Below, piece after piece: positions 62,867-64,000 of a stretch of DNA of 64,000 nt. A program made the position numbers and the translations under genes. Every line of letters begins with the position of its first letter. Positions within the stretch are counted from its first letter, which is position 1. Source of the DNA: Azolla caroliniana (taxonomy: Eukaryota; Plantae; Polypodiophyta); assembly GCA_043228905.1 (NCBI GenBank), contig JBHGNT010000005.1, positions 8,494,001 to 8,558,000 on the forward strand, written 5' to 3'. The notes beneath the pieces are model-generated. The model saw only the letters and a list, made by a program, of their open reading frames with translations, was not told the origin of the DNA and did not search any database.

Positions 62867-63121
62867 TATCTATATACATATATAAAAATAAATAAATATT
62901 TATTTATTGATTTATAATATAAATATAATTTATATTTAAATATGGTATGATATGGAGAGAGCACAAAGAAAAAGGGAGGAAAAAAATGTCTCTCCACATT
63001 TGGATTGCAGGAGAGTGCCCATCATATTCTGTTGCCTTCCTACACCTTCTTCATTCTTCTTGCCATACCTCTGCTCTGCTCTGCTCTGCTTCATTAGCAG
63101 TCGAAGTAAACAGTATAATCA

Positions 63122-63718
63122 TTGATGCAGAGTATAATCAATGATCCATCATACTTGCCCATGAGACCTTGTCAGAAGAAGAAGAAGAAGAAGAAGAAGA
63201 AGCAGCAGCAGCAGAAGGCGAAGAGACCAATGGCCATGCTGTCCAAGATTCATAGAAAAAGAAGAAGAAGAAGATCAATATCAGGATCGGATTGGGAATC
63301 GGATCCTTCTTCTTCTTCTTCTTCTCCTTCTTCCCCAATCCTTTCTGATAAATTAATTTCTTCATTAAATGGCTACCATGGCTATGATGATGCTCATGGG
63401 GGTGCATATACTGACAATGAATGTGTTCCTTCTCATCATCATGGGGTTATGGATCTCCACAACCATATCCGCGTGCAACAACATATTATCCATGATCATA
63501 TTCAGGATAAGGTTTCTTATATGCATCATCATCCACATGTCCATGTGCAACATATGGTGGGGGACATCCGTTGTTATAACAAAAACGTGTCTTATAATGC
63601 AAGACATTGCAGGTTTCTGCGAAAGATCCATGGTGGCCTTCGATGGCTCGGATCTGCATATCTCCAACTCCTCTTCTTGGTCGCGTTTCAAGGTGCAATA
63701 ATTTCTTGCACATCTTCA

Positions 63719-63754
<36 letters not shown>

Positions 63755-63835
63755 AATAATGATGATGATAATGATGATGAAAATGATGATGATGGTGATG
63801 ATGAAGAAATCCCTCTCATGAGACCCATATATTGA
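63122..63835 (+). CDS. Hypothetical intronless protein: basic N-terminus, Ser run, His-rich middle, hydrophobic helix, poly-Asp tail
   Basis: 237-codon open frame (first ATG 63125) with in-frame trinucleotide repeats, preceded by an AT-only promoter-like tract and a CT-rich leader; no homology recognised. Confidence 0.45.
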
Positions 63836-64000
63836 TGGTGATGGTGATGATATCCCCTTCATGAAACACATATTCAAGTTTACTGTCTCATAAGCATACT
63901 CTTCAAAGATCAAGGTATTCTTCTTCTCTGAGATGAGAAAAAGTTTTATGGGAGGGGAGATCTCCCCTTCATTTCTACTAGCATTAACCAATGCCTATTT

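Noticed and set aside
63954-63967. Palindrome GGGGAGATCTCCCC as a terminator or miRNA hairpin
   Set aside because: Too short, no loop, and at the window edge; no function can be supported.

Overview
This is eukaryotic, intron-containing, TE-dominated plant DNA. The TE lineages suggest a non-seed land plant (fern, lycophyte or bryophyte), which is inference. Layout: (1) 1-11.2 kb is AT-rich decayed TE debris with a solo LTR and short tandem duplications. (2) 11195-38131 is a 27-kb nested LTR-retrotransposon pile bounded by two related LTRs and a perfect GTTCA target-site duplication (TSD). It contains a minus-strand Tnt1/Tork-like Copia pol, a very young Athila/Tat-type Gypsy (13218-23103; LTRs differ at 1 of 419 nt; extra ~900-codon ORF), an older tRNA-Trp-primed Gypsy with a 4-bp TSD and a -1 frameshift pseudoknot (23856-30366), orphan LTRs, two hAT-type MITEs and a decayed chromovirus-like Gypsy. 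(3) 38.8-55.6 kb holds three near-full-length LINEs (two L1-type, one RTE-X-like), each separated by (GA)n tracts. (4) 55.9-59.1 kb is an 11-12-exon synaptotagmin-like gene (TM-SMP-C2). (5) The end of the window has two divergent orphan ORFs. The top finding is that the young Gypsy has no polypurine tract (PPT) next to its 3' LTR. Instead it carries a sense copy of a tRNA-Arg 3' end (...GGGCGTGCCA), i.e. a second, antisense primer-binding site (PBS), suggesting tRNA priming of both cDNA strands.
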